Shown here: in pieces, positions 26,092-39,670 of the stretch | Numbering within the stretch: position 1 is the first letter of the stretch | Layout of the letters: every line of letters starts with the position of its first letter | From: Chlorokybus atmophyticus | Taxonomy: Eukaryota; Plantae; Mesostigma and Chlorokybus algae | Assembly (NCBI GenBank): GCA_009103225.1 | Contig: RHPI01001116.1 | Coordinates: forward strand, 515,267 to 579,266 | DNA: 64,000 nucleotides | Reading direction: 5' to 3' | Program-made: the position numbers and the translations under genes | The notes under the pieces: model-generated | The model's input: the letters and a program-made list of their open reading frames with translations, nothing else | Told to the model about the DNA's origin: nothing | Database searches by the model: none

Positions 26092-26381
26092 TGCTGCTAG
26101 AGCCGCTGAGAACCCCCTGCTGTTGTGCGACACGAGAGCAAGAGCGACGAGAGCAGACTCTCCACTTACTCAAACGCTGAGCACACAAGCTAAGCTGAAC
26201 CAAGCTTTGCGCAATAAATCGACAAGCTCTTTGAAATAGCCAGGACGATTACCTGGACACCGTCAACACCGCCGCCGCTGCCGCCTTCTAGACCAACCGC
26301 TACGCTTGTTCAGCGGCAAGCTGATATTGGCGCCAAAACTAATCCGGTTCGTCTGACCTGGTCGTACCAGCCCTGATCGTA

Positions 26382-26390
26382 AAACCCTAG
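26382..26390 (+). promoter_or_regulatory. Telo-box AAACCCTAG in the FTSZ1/importin divergent intergenic region
   Basis: Exact motif in the ~740 bp between two head-to-head genes. Confidence 0.4.
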
Positions 26391-26834
26391 TCCGCCGCCA
26401 ACGTTACTTTCAAAAACACGTAACGTCAGGTAGATGCGTATCACATTGCCTTTCCCGCCGCCGCCGCCGCCGCGGCCGCCGCTGCCGCATGGAGGTGGTG
26501 AACGAGGTGAACCCCGGCGCAGGCGGTGGCAGCGTTGGGGACTCCTGTTAGTTCTATATTACAGGCTTGGAGAGACAGGACGCAAGAGTGTGGAGGGTGA
26601 GCCATCCGGCTTAGCAGCTTGCGTTTGTGCATTGTAACGCTAGGATCAGCAGCAGTTACCAGTAGGAGCTTTCAAGGTGAGCTCAGCTGAGTTCAGCTGG
26701 GCTGACTTGAGCTGTGTGAACTGTAGTAGCGTTAAAGTGGAGATGCAGGACCACCTAGCAAGCTTGCACGTATGATTTCGCAGGCTTGTAAGGTACTGGC
26801 TTAACAACCAGCTAGCATATAGGAGTTAGCAGGG

Positions 26835-29800
26835 ATGGACGTCCAAACGCTGTGTCAGACGCTGCAGCTTGCCCTAAGCACAAACACCGAGGAGCGCAAG
26901 GCTGCAGAAGCGAGGTTGGAGCAGGTAAGAACTATGTACGAGCTCGTTTCGCAGTTGTTTATATGCCCCAACGTCAAGATATGTTAGGTTAACGAACATG
27001 ATGGTATCATGTCAAGCGAGGTGTATACGTGTATACAAAGTGTGCAGCAGCGTGCCAGCTTGCAAGTTTGGGATTGATCTTGCACTGCATTGTTTTGGCC
27101 GGTACAACACATGCAGTTCTGCTGCTCAGCAGTTTTATGTGCACACAACACCATGCAAATTACAGATCAATCTTGGATTGCTATCCATTCATGGATTGCT
27201 ATCCATTCATGATTTGGGGATGCAGCATGTAGTGTTGCTGTCACTCAAATTCATCAGCAACACCACGTTGTCAATAGGTAATTACTGATGAACAGACACA
27301 GCAGCAGTAAACCAGTAATGGTGTTTCAGAGCTACCTTGATTTTATAAACCAGCTATACTGCTCGCTGCTGACATGCATGCTTGTTGGCAGTACAAATTT
27401 GTGCCAGGCCACATCGCCAGCTTGCTCCAAGCTGCGCTGGCACCGCAGCTGGAGATATCAATACGGCAGGTTGCGAGCATCAACCTTAAGAACCTTGTTA
27501 ATCGAGAGTGGGAACCGAAGGAACCGGAGGGTTCAGCAGGTGCACGTTGGTGTTGCCGTATTGAGTTTGATGTTGTGTTTGTTGAGACTCACCCATTGCA
27601 TTGCAGATAATGTCACTCCTGTCAGCAAGTTGCCTGCGGAAGACAGGGCGTTCATTCGAGATCATATTATTGAGGCTGTTGTGCAAGCCCCACCTCAGAT
27701 TAGGTAAAGCTCTTTCTGCTGGTGCACACGTTACACATGATATGTCTTGGCTGTCATACAATGGCTCGTGGCGCAGTAGCGTGAATAGTGGCTCGCATTG
27801 TGGGGAGTCAGGTTGTGTGTTGCGTGAAGGCATGCCTAACCAACATGTGCAGGAGGCAACTTGGGGAGTGCACAAAAACGGTTGTGAGGATGGATTTCCC
27901 AGAGCACTGGCCCAATCTGTTGCAAACGGTTGATGCAAACCTGCGAGCACAAGACCCGTCACGAGCATATGCAGCGCTCCTTGCGTTACGGCTGCTCTCC
28001 AGGAAATATGAGTAAGCTCTCAGCGGTGATCAACCAGGCCAGCATAGCGTGTGTTGCGCGGTGCACGGCATTGTAGTTCAAGCAGGCTACAGGTTGTGAA
28101 CGTTGCTGCTTGCATTGCGTTGTGTAGCACAAGGCAGTGTCAAAAATGTTGTCGTCGTATTTTTCTGGGAAAGTGGGCTTAGCACTTGGGTTTAATCAAT
28201 GTTGTCATGCAGATTTAAGGATGAAGAGGACCGCATACCCATGCACGCCATCATCGCCAATATGTTCCCATTGCTTCTCAACATGCTGCAGGCCTTGCTC
28301 GCTGTTCCCAACCCCACTCCTGAGATTGCTGAACTTATCAAGCTCGTGTGCAAAACGTTCTGGTCGGCTACCTATGTGCGTAAGCACACTTCTATTGCTG
28401 TCTGTACTCTTGCATCCTTCGTGTATTTGTGAGAACTTGTTTTATACAAGAAGGCAAGCTACAAATGTTGAGTGTTCTGCTCGTTGACACTTGCTCGTTG
28501 CAGTTGGAGATACCGCCATTGCTACGCGAGCACACTACGTTCAGCGCCTGGATGGTTGCTTTCCACACGCTCCTCAGCATGCCGGTCCCCACCGAGGGGC
28601 AGCCTGTCGACCTTGAAGCCCGACAGCAGTGGGTCTGGTGGAAGTGCAAGAAATGGACGCTGCACATTGTCAACCGTTTGTTCAACAGGTATGCTTGATG
28701 TGGATGAATACGACTTATGCAGGCTTGTGTCGCTGGTGCAGAAGGTTGTTGTCGTGTCTGTGCTTGCGTGACGTTGTAATGCCTTGTATGTTCCCAGGTA
28801 CGGAGACCCCAGGAAATCACAGCCGGAGCACAAGGAGTTTGCGACATGGTTCCACAAAGAGTTTTCTGGTCGCTTCTTGGAATTGTACCTATCAAATATG
28901 GCGGCTCTGCGCTCAGGCGCTTACCTGCCTGACCGGGTCGTCAACCTGACACTGCAGTTCATAACATCCAGGTGTGTGCCATCACGAATGCTAGACGCAA
29001 CAGCACACACAAGATCTCTAACCTTCACACCGTTTGCTCACACTGCTGACTGCATTGCATGGACAGCATTTCAAGACCGTCAGTTTACAAGCTATTGAAG
29101 CCGCAACTAGACGTCATGTTGTTTGACATAGTCTTTCCTTTGCTCTGCTTTAATGATCGCGATGCTGAGCTGTGGCAAGACGATCCTCACGAGTATGTCC
29201 GCAAAGGACACGGTGAGTGCAAAACAGTGCTGCATGCAGGGTACTCAGTACCAGCAGCAGCGGTCATGCTTGCGTTGTGTGATTATCAAATTATCACATT
29301 ATTACTCTGTCACTCAATGTGCCTAGAGTATGCAATTTCATCTCATTTGACCATACTGGTTCGCCATACTCAGATATTATCGAGGACATGTTTAGCCCTC
29401 GAACAGCGGCAGTCAACTTCCTGCTTGAACTCATCAGGTCCAAGGGCAAAACATGGCTGGTGCGGTTTCTTGGCCATGTGGTGGGCATTTTCCAGAGGTG
29501 AGTAAGGTGTCACGCTTGCAGTCTATGCAGCCTTGTCTTCCTTCCTTTGTGCTGACTACGTGTCTCTTAGGTATGCTGCTGCATCGAATGAGCAGAAACC
29601 ATACAGAGAAAAGGACGGCGCGTTTTTTTCAGTGGGTTCACTAGCGGACCGACTGAAGCGATCCAGCACATACCGGAACCAGTTGGAGGCCATGATTGTG
29701 CAGCATGTGCTGCCTGAGTTTGAGAACCCGCTTGGCCACATGCGCTCCAAGGTACGCCACGGGTCTACTTGCAATGTCGAGATGCAAGCACTTGTGAGTG

Positions 29801-31996
29801 TCTTCCATTAGTACACTGTATTTTGCAAGAAAAGCCTCTTCCAGGGGCTGAACTCAGTTACTATTTGTGCTGGCAGGCTTGCTGGATGGCCGGAAACTTT
29901 GCGGACATCAAGTTCACAGATGCCAGGAACTTCAGTGCGCTATTGCATCGTGTGATGGCGTGCTTGCACGACCCAGACCTGCCAGTTCGAGTGGACGCAG
30001 TTGTGGCTCTTCGCAGCCTCGTTGATGCTTGCGATGATCTGAGCGAGCTGCGACCTATACTGCCTCAATTACTTGATGCATTCTTCCGCCTCATGGATGA
30101 GGTTGAGAACGAAGACTTGGTGTTCACGCTGGAGACAATTGTTGACAAGTTTGGCGAGGAGATCGCCCCATACGCCTTGGGCCTTGTTCAAAACCTGGTG
30201 TGTGCACATTGTTGCAAACAAGTTGTTCTGGTGCGGTCTTTTTGTTGGTCGACAAGTTAATCTCGGTAGCAGCTACTGACATGCTCGCTTTGCAGGCGAC
30301 TGTGTTCTTCAGGTGTATTCGGACGGAAGAGAGTGGAGAAGATGCGGATGATACGGGGGCGTTGGCAGCCGTCGGCTGCCTGCGTGCCATCTCCACTCTG
30401 CTTGAGAGCGTATCAAGTCTGCCGCAGCTGTACCCGCAGTTGGAAGACATGTTGATGCCCATCATGACGAAGATGCTCACCACAGATGGTCAAGGTGCGC
30501 ATCTTGCATGCATTGGCTTGCTTATCTGCTTATCTCTGGACGCCTGATGGCTTCTTACGTGCAGATGTATATGAAGAGGTTCTGGAGATAGTTTCCTACA
30601 TTACCTACTTCTCTCCGACAATATCCCCTGGGATGTGGGGACTGTGGCCGCTCATGGCGGATGCTCTCGATGAGTGGGCGCTGGACTACTTTGAAAACAT
30701 CTTGGTACCTTTGGACAACTACATTTCGCGAGGCACGGAGGTGTTTCTCACCTCCACAGACCCAGACTACCTGCAATCAACATACAAGATTGTCTCAAAG
30801 GTTGGTATATTATGATGTTGCTGTGAAGATGTGAGTTGTGCTTGTGTGCGTGCAGTGCATACACGCACGTGCGATGTACCGTCATGTTGTCTGACTATTG
30901 ATGTTGGTATCTGCAGGTGCTTGGGGACACTCAGATCACTGATTCGGATGCATCCCCAGCTCCCAAACTCATGGAAGTGGTGTTGCAAAATGGGCGAGGA
31001 AAAGGGCTTCTTGACCAATGGATTGAGCCTTACTTGAGACTCGTCACGCTCCGATTGAGAACGGCAGAGAAGCATTCCTTCAAGGACTATCTCATGCTGG
31101 TCGTCGCCGATGCACTGTACTACAATCCGCAGCTGGCAATGAGCGCATTGCAGCATATTGGCGTGACAGGGGAAGTGTTTCAAGCATGGCTCGCAATGCT
31201 TTACAAGCTCAACTCTGCAAACAAGCCAAAGCACTTCAAGCGCGAGCATGATAAGAAGGTCAGGGGGCATACAGCGGCAGCAGTTGCATGAGAGAACCAT
31301 TTCTACCATTTTCTATCAACAGATGGACAACAACATCAAACCTTGTGTTGCAAATGCAGGTCTGTTCCCTTGGGTTGACATCAGTCATGATGCTGCCTGT
31401 GGAGACGTTGCCAGTGGAAGTCCAGCAGGGCCTTCCTGAGCTCATGAAGGCCGTATTGAAGCTGCTGGCCGATCTCAAGGTGCAGATGGCAGAGAGCCAG
31501 AAAGCGAAGGAGGAGGAAGATGCGGAGAATGGCGCTGATGAAGAAGAAGACGACGATGATGACTTTGAACCTGAGGACAATGAGAACGAGAATGATGACG
31601 AGGTCGAGGACATAGGTCCCATCAAAAGCAAGGTTTGCGCACGCTCTGGTTTTATCATTGTCATTGCAACTACGTGAGAAACAGCGAGCGACTGATCTTT
31701 GTTGTGTCGTACAGCATCTACGGTTCTTGGACGAAGATGAAGCAGAAAGCGATTCTGACTCAGATTTTACCGATGATGAGGAGTTTTCCACCCCTCTGGA
31801 CGACTTGGACGCATTCATATTCTTTTCCGATACCATGAAGGTGGTTTCGACACAAGACCCGAATAAGACGCAGGCGTTGACGAGGGGTTTGGACTTCTCG
31901 CACCAAGCCATGCTTAATGGCCTGCTGCAGCACGCCGAAGTGCGGCGGCAAGAGATTGCAGTGCAGAAAGCGAAAGAAGCCTCAAAACAATCGTAA
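26835..31996 (+). CDS. SAD2: Importin-7/8 family (SAD2-like) importin-beta, about 20 exons
   Basis: [95 protein letters not shown], and an acidic C-terminus ending AKEASKQS*. Confidence 0.93.
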
Positions 31997-32711
31997 CATC
32001 TGTGTGTTGTCTTGGTGATGCCCCCGTTGGTTGCAGCGGGGGGCAAGTTGATGGCTTGTCAACTGAAGCAGTTTGCGCAATTGCATTCTCTGTTCTAGCT
32101 ATGTAGGGTGAAGTAGTGTGTGGTGGCTGAATCGGGGTATGCGTGCATTGATTATGGCCTACAGGTGTTGTACAGAAAACGCGAGAGGGGTATGCCCATT
32201 CAGGCCACACCACGCATGCAACACTCTGCAGAACACACTCACCTCGTTACTACATACGCGACCACCGGGCTACCTTCTCTACTCCTACACCTACATCTAT
32301 GCCCCCCTGTCAGTCATGCATGCACACGGTGCAATCGTGTGTGCATTGTACACCCAAGGCAGATAGCATGCAAGTTGAGCAAAGGGAGGGGAGGGGGGGA
32401 GGGGGTGGCATGTCAAGCACAGTTGTTAAGGTACTTGGTAGTTTCGTGGTAGTTGTAATAAAGCTGAAGCACCCTGGCATGTTGCAATGGGTTGTGCAAA
32501 CAGCGGTAGGCTTCATTTACGACTAGGGCATTATACTTCTTTTTGTTGACTTGTGACATGCATTCAAGCTGCATTTGCCAGCACGACTTGTGACATTTAC
32601 ACAGCCAACGTTGCGTAATCTGTTACCATTATGCGTAACTCATACACATCATGGTAACAGCATGTGAGAGTGTGAGGGTGATGATGTACTGAATGCAAAT
32701 ATGTGATGGAT

Positions 32712-33158
32712 GGGAGGCGGGTGGACTTGGTGGCCTCCGAACCCGGTTGAGATACACGCATGCTCTTGGATGTCGCAATCACCGCATGCGGCGAGCAACC
32801 GGGAGGCGCAGCGAAGGCGGAGCAGGCGAAGCGGCGGAAATACCACGATCACCCCGCCGACGACACATTCCATCCCCTCGCCGCTGAGACGCACGGCACC
32901 CTGGGCCAGAGTTTTCACGACGTCATCGACACATGCGCAAGGAGGGCACTGGCTGCACGTGACCTGCCATTGCGCAGGCTATCGGGCTACTTGGCTTTGG
33001 ACCGGCAGCGCGTGTCTTGCGCGCTGCAGCGTGCCCAGGGCATCACCATCCTGGAGCGGGAGGCGGCAGTCGTAGCGGCAGTACCACGCTGGGGTCCGAT
33101 CCAGACGGCGGCGCCAATGGCGGAAGCGGACGCTGTGCTGGCAGCTGCGGCAGTGTAG
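32712..33158 (+). mobile_element. 5'-truncated non-LTR retrotransposon remnant (restriction-like endonuclease C-terminus, CRE/R2-type)
   Basis: GRRVDLVASEPG*DTRMLLDVAIT...AKAEQAKRRKY...FHPLAAETHG...RQRVSCALQRAQG is a PD-(D/E)xK-type RLE tail with an in-frame TGA. Homologous to 49234-49860. Confidence 0.75.
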
Positions 33159-35460
33159 TTGTGTAGGCGCGCTTGCATGCCGCTGGCATGCGTGTGAGTA
33201 TGCTTGTGCACTGATGGGCAGGGATGACAGTACGTAGCTTGGTGTGACGATGTTGCTGTGATTAGGGAGGAAAAAACACATGTGATGAATGCGGTGTGCC
33301 TTGCATGCACCAGTTTTGCTGTACGTCGTTGTCAGTCTTCTTGCACTTAGCTAGAAGCATCATGCCCCTAGATAAGCCCTCTGGTGAATAAAGCTCTGAG
33401 TGGGTGGGTGGCTGTGCGTGTGGGACTGTAGATTGCTTTTGCATGTGTGGCATAGCGCGCAGTACATGAATGCAGCACTTTTACAAATATATGCATAACA
33501 CCTGCCTTGCATCGTTTGTACATAGAGACAAGATGCAATGTTTCAAGCACACATGCTCAGTCATGCGGAAGCAAACAAGCCAATAGATAAGAAGCAAGCA
33601 AGCAAATAGCAAGCAGCATAGCCGCAAGGGTTGGCCCGAACCAATGCTAGCTTAAACGCACCAAAGGGGTGCTAACAGCTTGCCGCCAACCAACCCACTA
33701 ACCTGTATAACAGCACCACAGTTACCAATTGCCGAAAGTAGGCAGTGCTACTATGGCCGCCCACGGGCTTGTACCTCGCACGCTCGCAACCCCAATCTGC
33801 CGCTTATAATGTGTCACACGATTTGAACTGACAAATTCAAACGATAGTGTTGATGTAAACACCCTTGTAGTGTGCAAACACAATAGCCCCGTGCATATCA
33901 TATACACTTGTTGGATGCTATGCATGGTTGCTTGCCATGAGCACTCATGGCAAGCAACCATGCATGCTTAGTGGTCATGCAAAATCCATGCATGAACACT
34001 TGGCACGGCCAGCAACAATACATGCGGGCCATAATCTATGCTCCCCACATGCTATTTACTGCTATGTACATTTGATGATACACCTGGCGTGAACTGACTC
34101 CATTCAACAACGCATGATCATGCCACATTCCACTCAAGCTTGGATAACAAACGGCCCATGTCATAGCCCTAACGTGACATGTCCTTCAACAACTTGACCA
34201 TGTCATGAATGAAGTCTTGTTTGTACATGCTCAATTGCTTGAAACATGCATACGGATTGACAATTACCCCGTACTTACAACTGGCTGACATTAGGTTGAG
34301 GATGCGGTGCTGTCCGTGTGATAATATGCATAAAACTATGTCCTAGTCCAAGTAAACATGCGTGCACGCAAAGACTGTGCATTCCATGCATGCACTTCAT
34401 GATGTCAAACGGGGTGGTGGTAGTTAGTGTCATGCTTATTAAGTTGGTAGGATAGAATATAGCCCGGTGGTGTTATATGTAAACATTCAATGCATGCAAT
34501 GGCTGAGTTTATACCCGATAGCGAATGTGTTTTGCATGCGGCATGCTTTGCATGCGCGTGATGTCGCTTGCATCTTTTTATACTTTGTGGCATACCCCTT
34601 TTGTACATGCATGTCATGTGAATCATATCAGATCATATACAAGAGGAACATACGACACACATTCCTACACCCTATCTGTTTGCCAAGCCGTTAATACAAG
34701 TCTCGCTTGTGACTTGTATTAGCGGGTGCTTGCATCAGATAATAAAGCAATGGTTGATACTATTTCGTCCCGCATGTCCCCCACACATCTTGCTCATTAT
34801 GAAGCCTCCCTCATATATAATATCAAGATCTAGATAACACTATACGCAACAAGAACAATAATACCATCATTTCACATAGCTCGCATAAATGGTTTTCAAG
34901 GAAAGTAGCTCACTTCATTTTGTTTTCATACCACAAAGTCCGCTATGGCTGAGCACGGAGTGCCTGCGTGCTTGCACAATCACGCATGTTGTCTATGTGT
35001 CTCTGCAACATGATGTGATTCCGTCCAAAAAACACAAAGCCAGTTGTTGATTTTCACCTGATGTGGGTCGCAAGATCCAGGTTCTAATCCCGGACCCGGG
35101 TCGGATCTCCCGCTCGCTGATGACTCGGGCGCCAAACAACCTAAGTCTGCCTCTGTGCTCTGACATCGTCGGCTCCCTCATCCGCCAACTCGGACAACTC
35201 AAACAGATCCCGGCTCAAGTACACGTTGGCAACGTGACGTTGCACGTTGGTTGGCGCAAAAACCCGACAACAGCTTTGCACTTGTTGAGCACTGTGCACT
35301 AATTGCCACATGCTGTAGTAATCTACACTGCTCAGTGGCGTGCGTCACTGTTTACCTTGCAATCGTCGGCACACAGGCACACAAGTAGTCTTGGTTGTTG
35401 TCCTCACTATTGTAGTGGTAGCAGGAGGTGTTGTTGTTGTTGTTGGTGGTGGTGGTGAAG

Positions 35461-37392
35461 ATGGCGGGCTCGATGGCTGCAACGACTATGGCGCCAGTTA
35501 TCAGGCTGGGTAGCGGCGCTGGTGCGGTTGCGATACCCATGCTTGGGCTGGGCACCTGGCAGAGCGAGCCTGGCCAGGTGGGTAAGGCCGTGCGGGCGGC
35601 GTTCGACGCTGGGTACAGGCACATCGACTGCGCAGCCGCCTACAGCAACCAGGACGAGGTGGGGGCTGCACTTGCTGAGCGGATCAAGGCTCAGGGTAGA
35701 GACTCTGTGTTTGTCACGTCGAAGCTGTGGAACACGGATCATCGAGATGTGATGAGCGCAGCAAAGCATACACTTAGCGATCTGAAGCTCGACTACCTTG
35801 ACCTCTACCTCGTCCACTGGTATGCTTTGCCCTTCAACCTGATGTGCATGCATGCACATGCGCATTTATGCATGTTTTGTTAGCTCAGGAACTGTCACTA
35901 CGCCTCTGTTTTGAAACAGCAGTGTTGACAGCTTCACACACAGACATGTTGAGTGCAGCTTCATCCACTCTCACATGCATGTCTACACATGCATGTACGA
36001 GTTGCTTTTAGACAAGCATCAAGATACAGTTGAAGCTACTGCAAACGGCTAACTTGCTTTTGGACGTGGTTTGTGTGTGTACAGCAGTGTTGTGATACTG
36101 TTTCTTGCAGGCCAATTGCGTTCAACGCGTCTGGGAAGCCCGACCCTAGCTGGAAGCTGACCGACACGTGGAAGCAGATGGAGACGCTGCAGGTTAGAGG
36201 GCTAGTTGGACAGCATGTTGACTTCATCATTGGTCTTGTCATTGGTCGACTTTCAAGGTGTTGTTGATGATGGTGGTGAGTGATGTTGGTGGTGCTGATG
36301 GTGGTGCACGCAGGACAAGGGTCTGGCGAAGGCAATTGGGGTGTCCAACTGCACGGCCAAGCAGCTGGATGAGCTGCTGAAGGAGGCGCGAATACCACCA
36401 GTGATGAACCAAGGCAAGGAGCAATCATCTTTGACACACCATTAAAACATCATACATGCCACGCATGCATGCATGCATGCATGCATGCATGCATATACAT
36501 ACATAAACACATGCGCACTGCACATGCGCACATGCACGCAGAGGCATGTGTACATATGTATGTGTCTGCAAGAGCGCGCATGCGCATGCACAAACACGCA
36601 GATGCATGCACAGGCATAGATGCATGCCCTACTGCACATGTCAGTGCGCATGCACACGCACGCGTGCACAGAATTTTTTTCACTTCGTCTCTCATGACAC
36701 TGTCTATACCGTTTGAATACCCACGCAGTTGAGCTGCACCCGTACTTTGCTCAGCCCCAGCTCCTCCAGTACTGCAAGGACAAGGGCATCCACATGACGG
36801 CCTACTCGCCCATCGGGTCCGGCAGATCTGGAATGCTCGAGGACCCCACCATTGTTGACATCGCTAAGAGACTCAACCGGACACCCGCACAGGTAGTGCA
36901 CTTCAATATGCACGAATAATGCGTCCGTTACTCCAGTGTAACATCTAGTTGAAAGATTGTTGCCCTCTTACGCCCTCGTTGCATGCCACTCGCACACCAC
37001 GTGCACACATGACCAATATGCTGAATAATATACTTGCACATGCCAGTGTCTCAACGAATGACCCCAGAGTCATGCATGTTGGGAACACGCAGCCCAACGA
37101 GTGCATGTTGTCCATGTTTGTGTGACTGCGGGTGCTTATCCTATGTAGGATAGTATGACTTGATGTTGTTGTGTGCCAAAACACATGCGCTTGTGTCCAA
37201 CAGGTTGCTCTGAGATGGAACGTACAGCGGGGAGTAGTGGTCATCCCGAAGTCTGTTACGCCCAATCGCATAGTGGAGAACGCAGACATCTTCAGCTTTG
37301 AGCTCACAGAGGAGGATATGAAGGCCATCGGCAAGCTGGATAAGGGGGAGAGGCTGATCAAGCCTGGCTGGGCCACATACTTTGACCAGTAG
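35461..37392 (+). CDS. Aldo-keto reductase (AKR1/AKR4-like)
   Basis: [20 protein letters not shown] (D,Y), FVTSKLW (K), LYLVHW (H), [33 protein letters not shown] and IPKS...RIVEN. Confidence 0.95.
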
Positions 37393-37924
37393 TGATTGCT
37401 TGCAAAGTATCAGTTCTAATTTGGGTAGCGCTATCGTTGCGACGCCATTCTTACAATTGTTGGTATGTTCGGAATGCAACCAACTTCAAGTACAGTGACG
37501 TTGCCTACGTGGGAGCACTTGTGTGTGCTATGCCTAAATTATACCACAGCTTCTGCCCAGCATGAGTATAGAGATGTCATTATTCATCACCATGCAAGTT
37601 ACCGAAACTATGTTACCAGTAGTGCACAGAGTTTTGCAAATTGTGCGTCACAGCATTAGGTAGTGGTAAAGATTATGATGGTAACAAGTGAGTACACAAC
37701 ACTCGTTTGTGGGTGGACACAGTGTGGTGGTGCCTGCACTACAAGAAGGGGGCCTCTCTTACGTACCGTGTGTAAAGATCCAATGGAGATTGTGAATAGC
37801 TTGTGTGTGTGCACACGAGCTTGAATGTGAGGGTATGCATGTATACTTTGTGTTTAGGTATAGCAATCCAATGGCACTCATTGCTCAACAACACAAGACG
37901 TCTTATGTACACAATCTCAGCAGG

Positions 37925-37961
<37 letters not shown>

Positions 37962-38170
37962 NNNNNNNNNNNNNNNNNNNNNNNNNNNNNNNNNNNNNNN
38001 NNNNNNNNNNNNNNNNNNNNNNNNNNNNNNNNNNNNNNNNNNNNNNNNNNNNNNNNNNNNNNNNNNNNNNNNNNNNNNNNNNNNNNNNNNNNNNNNNNNN
38101 NNNNNNNNNNNNNNNNNNNNNNNNNNNNNNNNNNNNNNNNNNNNNNNNNNNNNNNNNGGGGGGAGGGGGG
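37925..38170. repeat. (GA)n/poly-G microsatellite flanking an assembly gap (N 37962-38157)
   Basis: Direct inspection. Other gaps: 22628-22663 inside poly-C, and 46229-46461 followed by (CT)n to about 46547. Confidence 0.95.
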
Positions 38171-39309
38171 GAGGGGGGGAGGGATGGGACCATGGCTAAT
38201 ACGAACAAAGCAATTTAGCCCATGTGTGTGATACGTATTGCGAAATGATAGTCACACAACATCAACACTCCACTCTACACACTACCCTTCATATCCAGTT
38301 ACATATACATAAAACATGTACAATCACATCCAAATGTAGATGTGAAGAGTTTTGTACTTTGGGTGGTGTACTCGCATGTCAACGTGTACATGAATGAACT
38401 ACTTATTTATTTTTTTTACTTTGTTCAAATTATACTCATAATGCTTTGTCATATTCTTAGCAAACCAACAAGCATGTACTCGTAAACTAGTATTGTCATT
38501 GATCTCTTCAATCAAAGTGTTGACTATGATATAATGCCTGTTCGTGTCATACGCGAATCGGGGAAAGAATTTAACATTAAATTTCGATGTGTTCGGCGTG
38601 AATTGCTGATACCAATTACCATGCCAACAGAGTTGTATCCCTTGACTTGGCTGGTGCGTTGTGCGGGCCGCCCAAACGCAAGCAGTCAAGATGACGATAC
38701 ATCAGCCGAATCAAGGGGTTTTCGGCTGATGTATCGGAATTGTAACGAACAGAGTGCGCTTGCTGTCAGCAGGCTCGTTGGAAGGTCACCCAACCTCGTA
38801 TCAATGGAAACGCGCGATGTAGAATGCGTTTTTACGGCAAACTGTCGCGCTGTGCCACAAACGCGCGGCGTCCAACGCGCCTTCCGTCGTTTGCCGTCGT
38901 TGTAGGGCGGCTAGAGTTGCTTCGGGCTTTTGGCGCCGCATTCAACAACGGCGGCTTCAACGGTGGTTTAGGCATTGTTTAATTAGACGCAGTGCGGCGT
39001 AACGGCATTGTCATTTGCATTTGCGGTACCAAATCAATCGACCGACTTCAAAGGAAGCATTGACTGCACATGAAAAGTCAAGTTACTTCTTCCAAGGTGC
39101 TTTTGAACATGGACTTTATAATTTGTTTAGTGTTAAGTTCATACTATCGTATATAGTTACAGAAGCGATTATGATGTGGGTAGGTTTGACGGTCACAATG
39201 TTTGGCAGTCACGATTTTTGACAGGCGAAATACGTAAGCGCATCGCGTTAATGTAAGGGTAGAAAGCTACATCAACTGTCCCAACTAGTGTTTGAAAAGC
39301 ACATGAATA

Positions 39310-39670
39310 ATATATTGACATATTACCCCATGTTATTCAACATGACATGTCGATACATGGTTGTATGCATAGCCGCCATACGTGTCCGTGTGCACACCGT
39401 TTGTGCTCTTATTGTCATATCTTAGCAAATATGAGCAATACTTTGACATTAGGAGACTCTTTGGACGGCTTAAATGTAACTGATATATATCCAACGGCTT
39501 GAGGCTGGTAGTCGCCGCCGAGCGGCAGGCGGGACGCATACTGCCGCTCAGCCCGCCTGTCGCGGGTGCCTATGCGTGACGGGCCAGTAATGGCCCTTCA
39601 CGCATCCCCACAAGTGTGGGGATACGTGTGGCTGGCCGGCCCGGCCAAACAGCCGCACCAATAGTTTTTT
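39310..39670 (+). repeat. Module R0: diverged copy of the Helitron-region repeat R, strongly hairpin-forming
   Basis: Shares TTTGGACGGC, ATCYAACGG, TCGCCGCC, GCAGGCGGG.CGCA..TACTGCCGC.CAGCCC....GTCGCGGGTGCC, ATGGCCC and AACAGCCGCACCA with 54118-54470 and 55304-55652, in the same order. Confidence 0.8.

Noticed and set aside
35117-35135. CTGATGA as a hammerhead ribozyme core
   Set aside because: No GAAA after a plausible stem II, and stems I and III could not be built.
36425-36732. Stacked Met/His/Cys-rich ORFs
   Set aside because: Artifacts of (CATG)n/(CA)n simple repeats in an AKR intron.
38399-38905. ORFs on both strands in 38.4-38.9 kb
   Set aside because: No recognisable motifs or splice structure.
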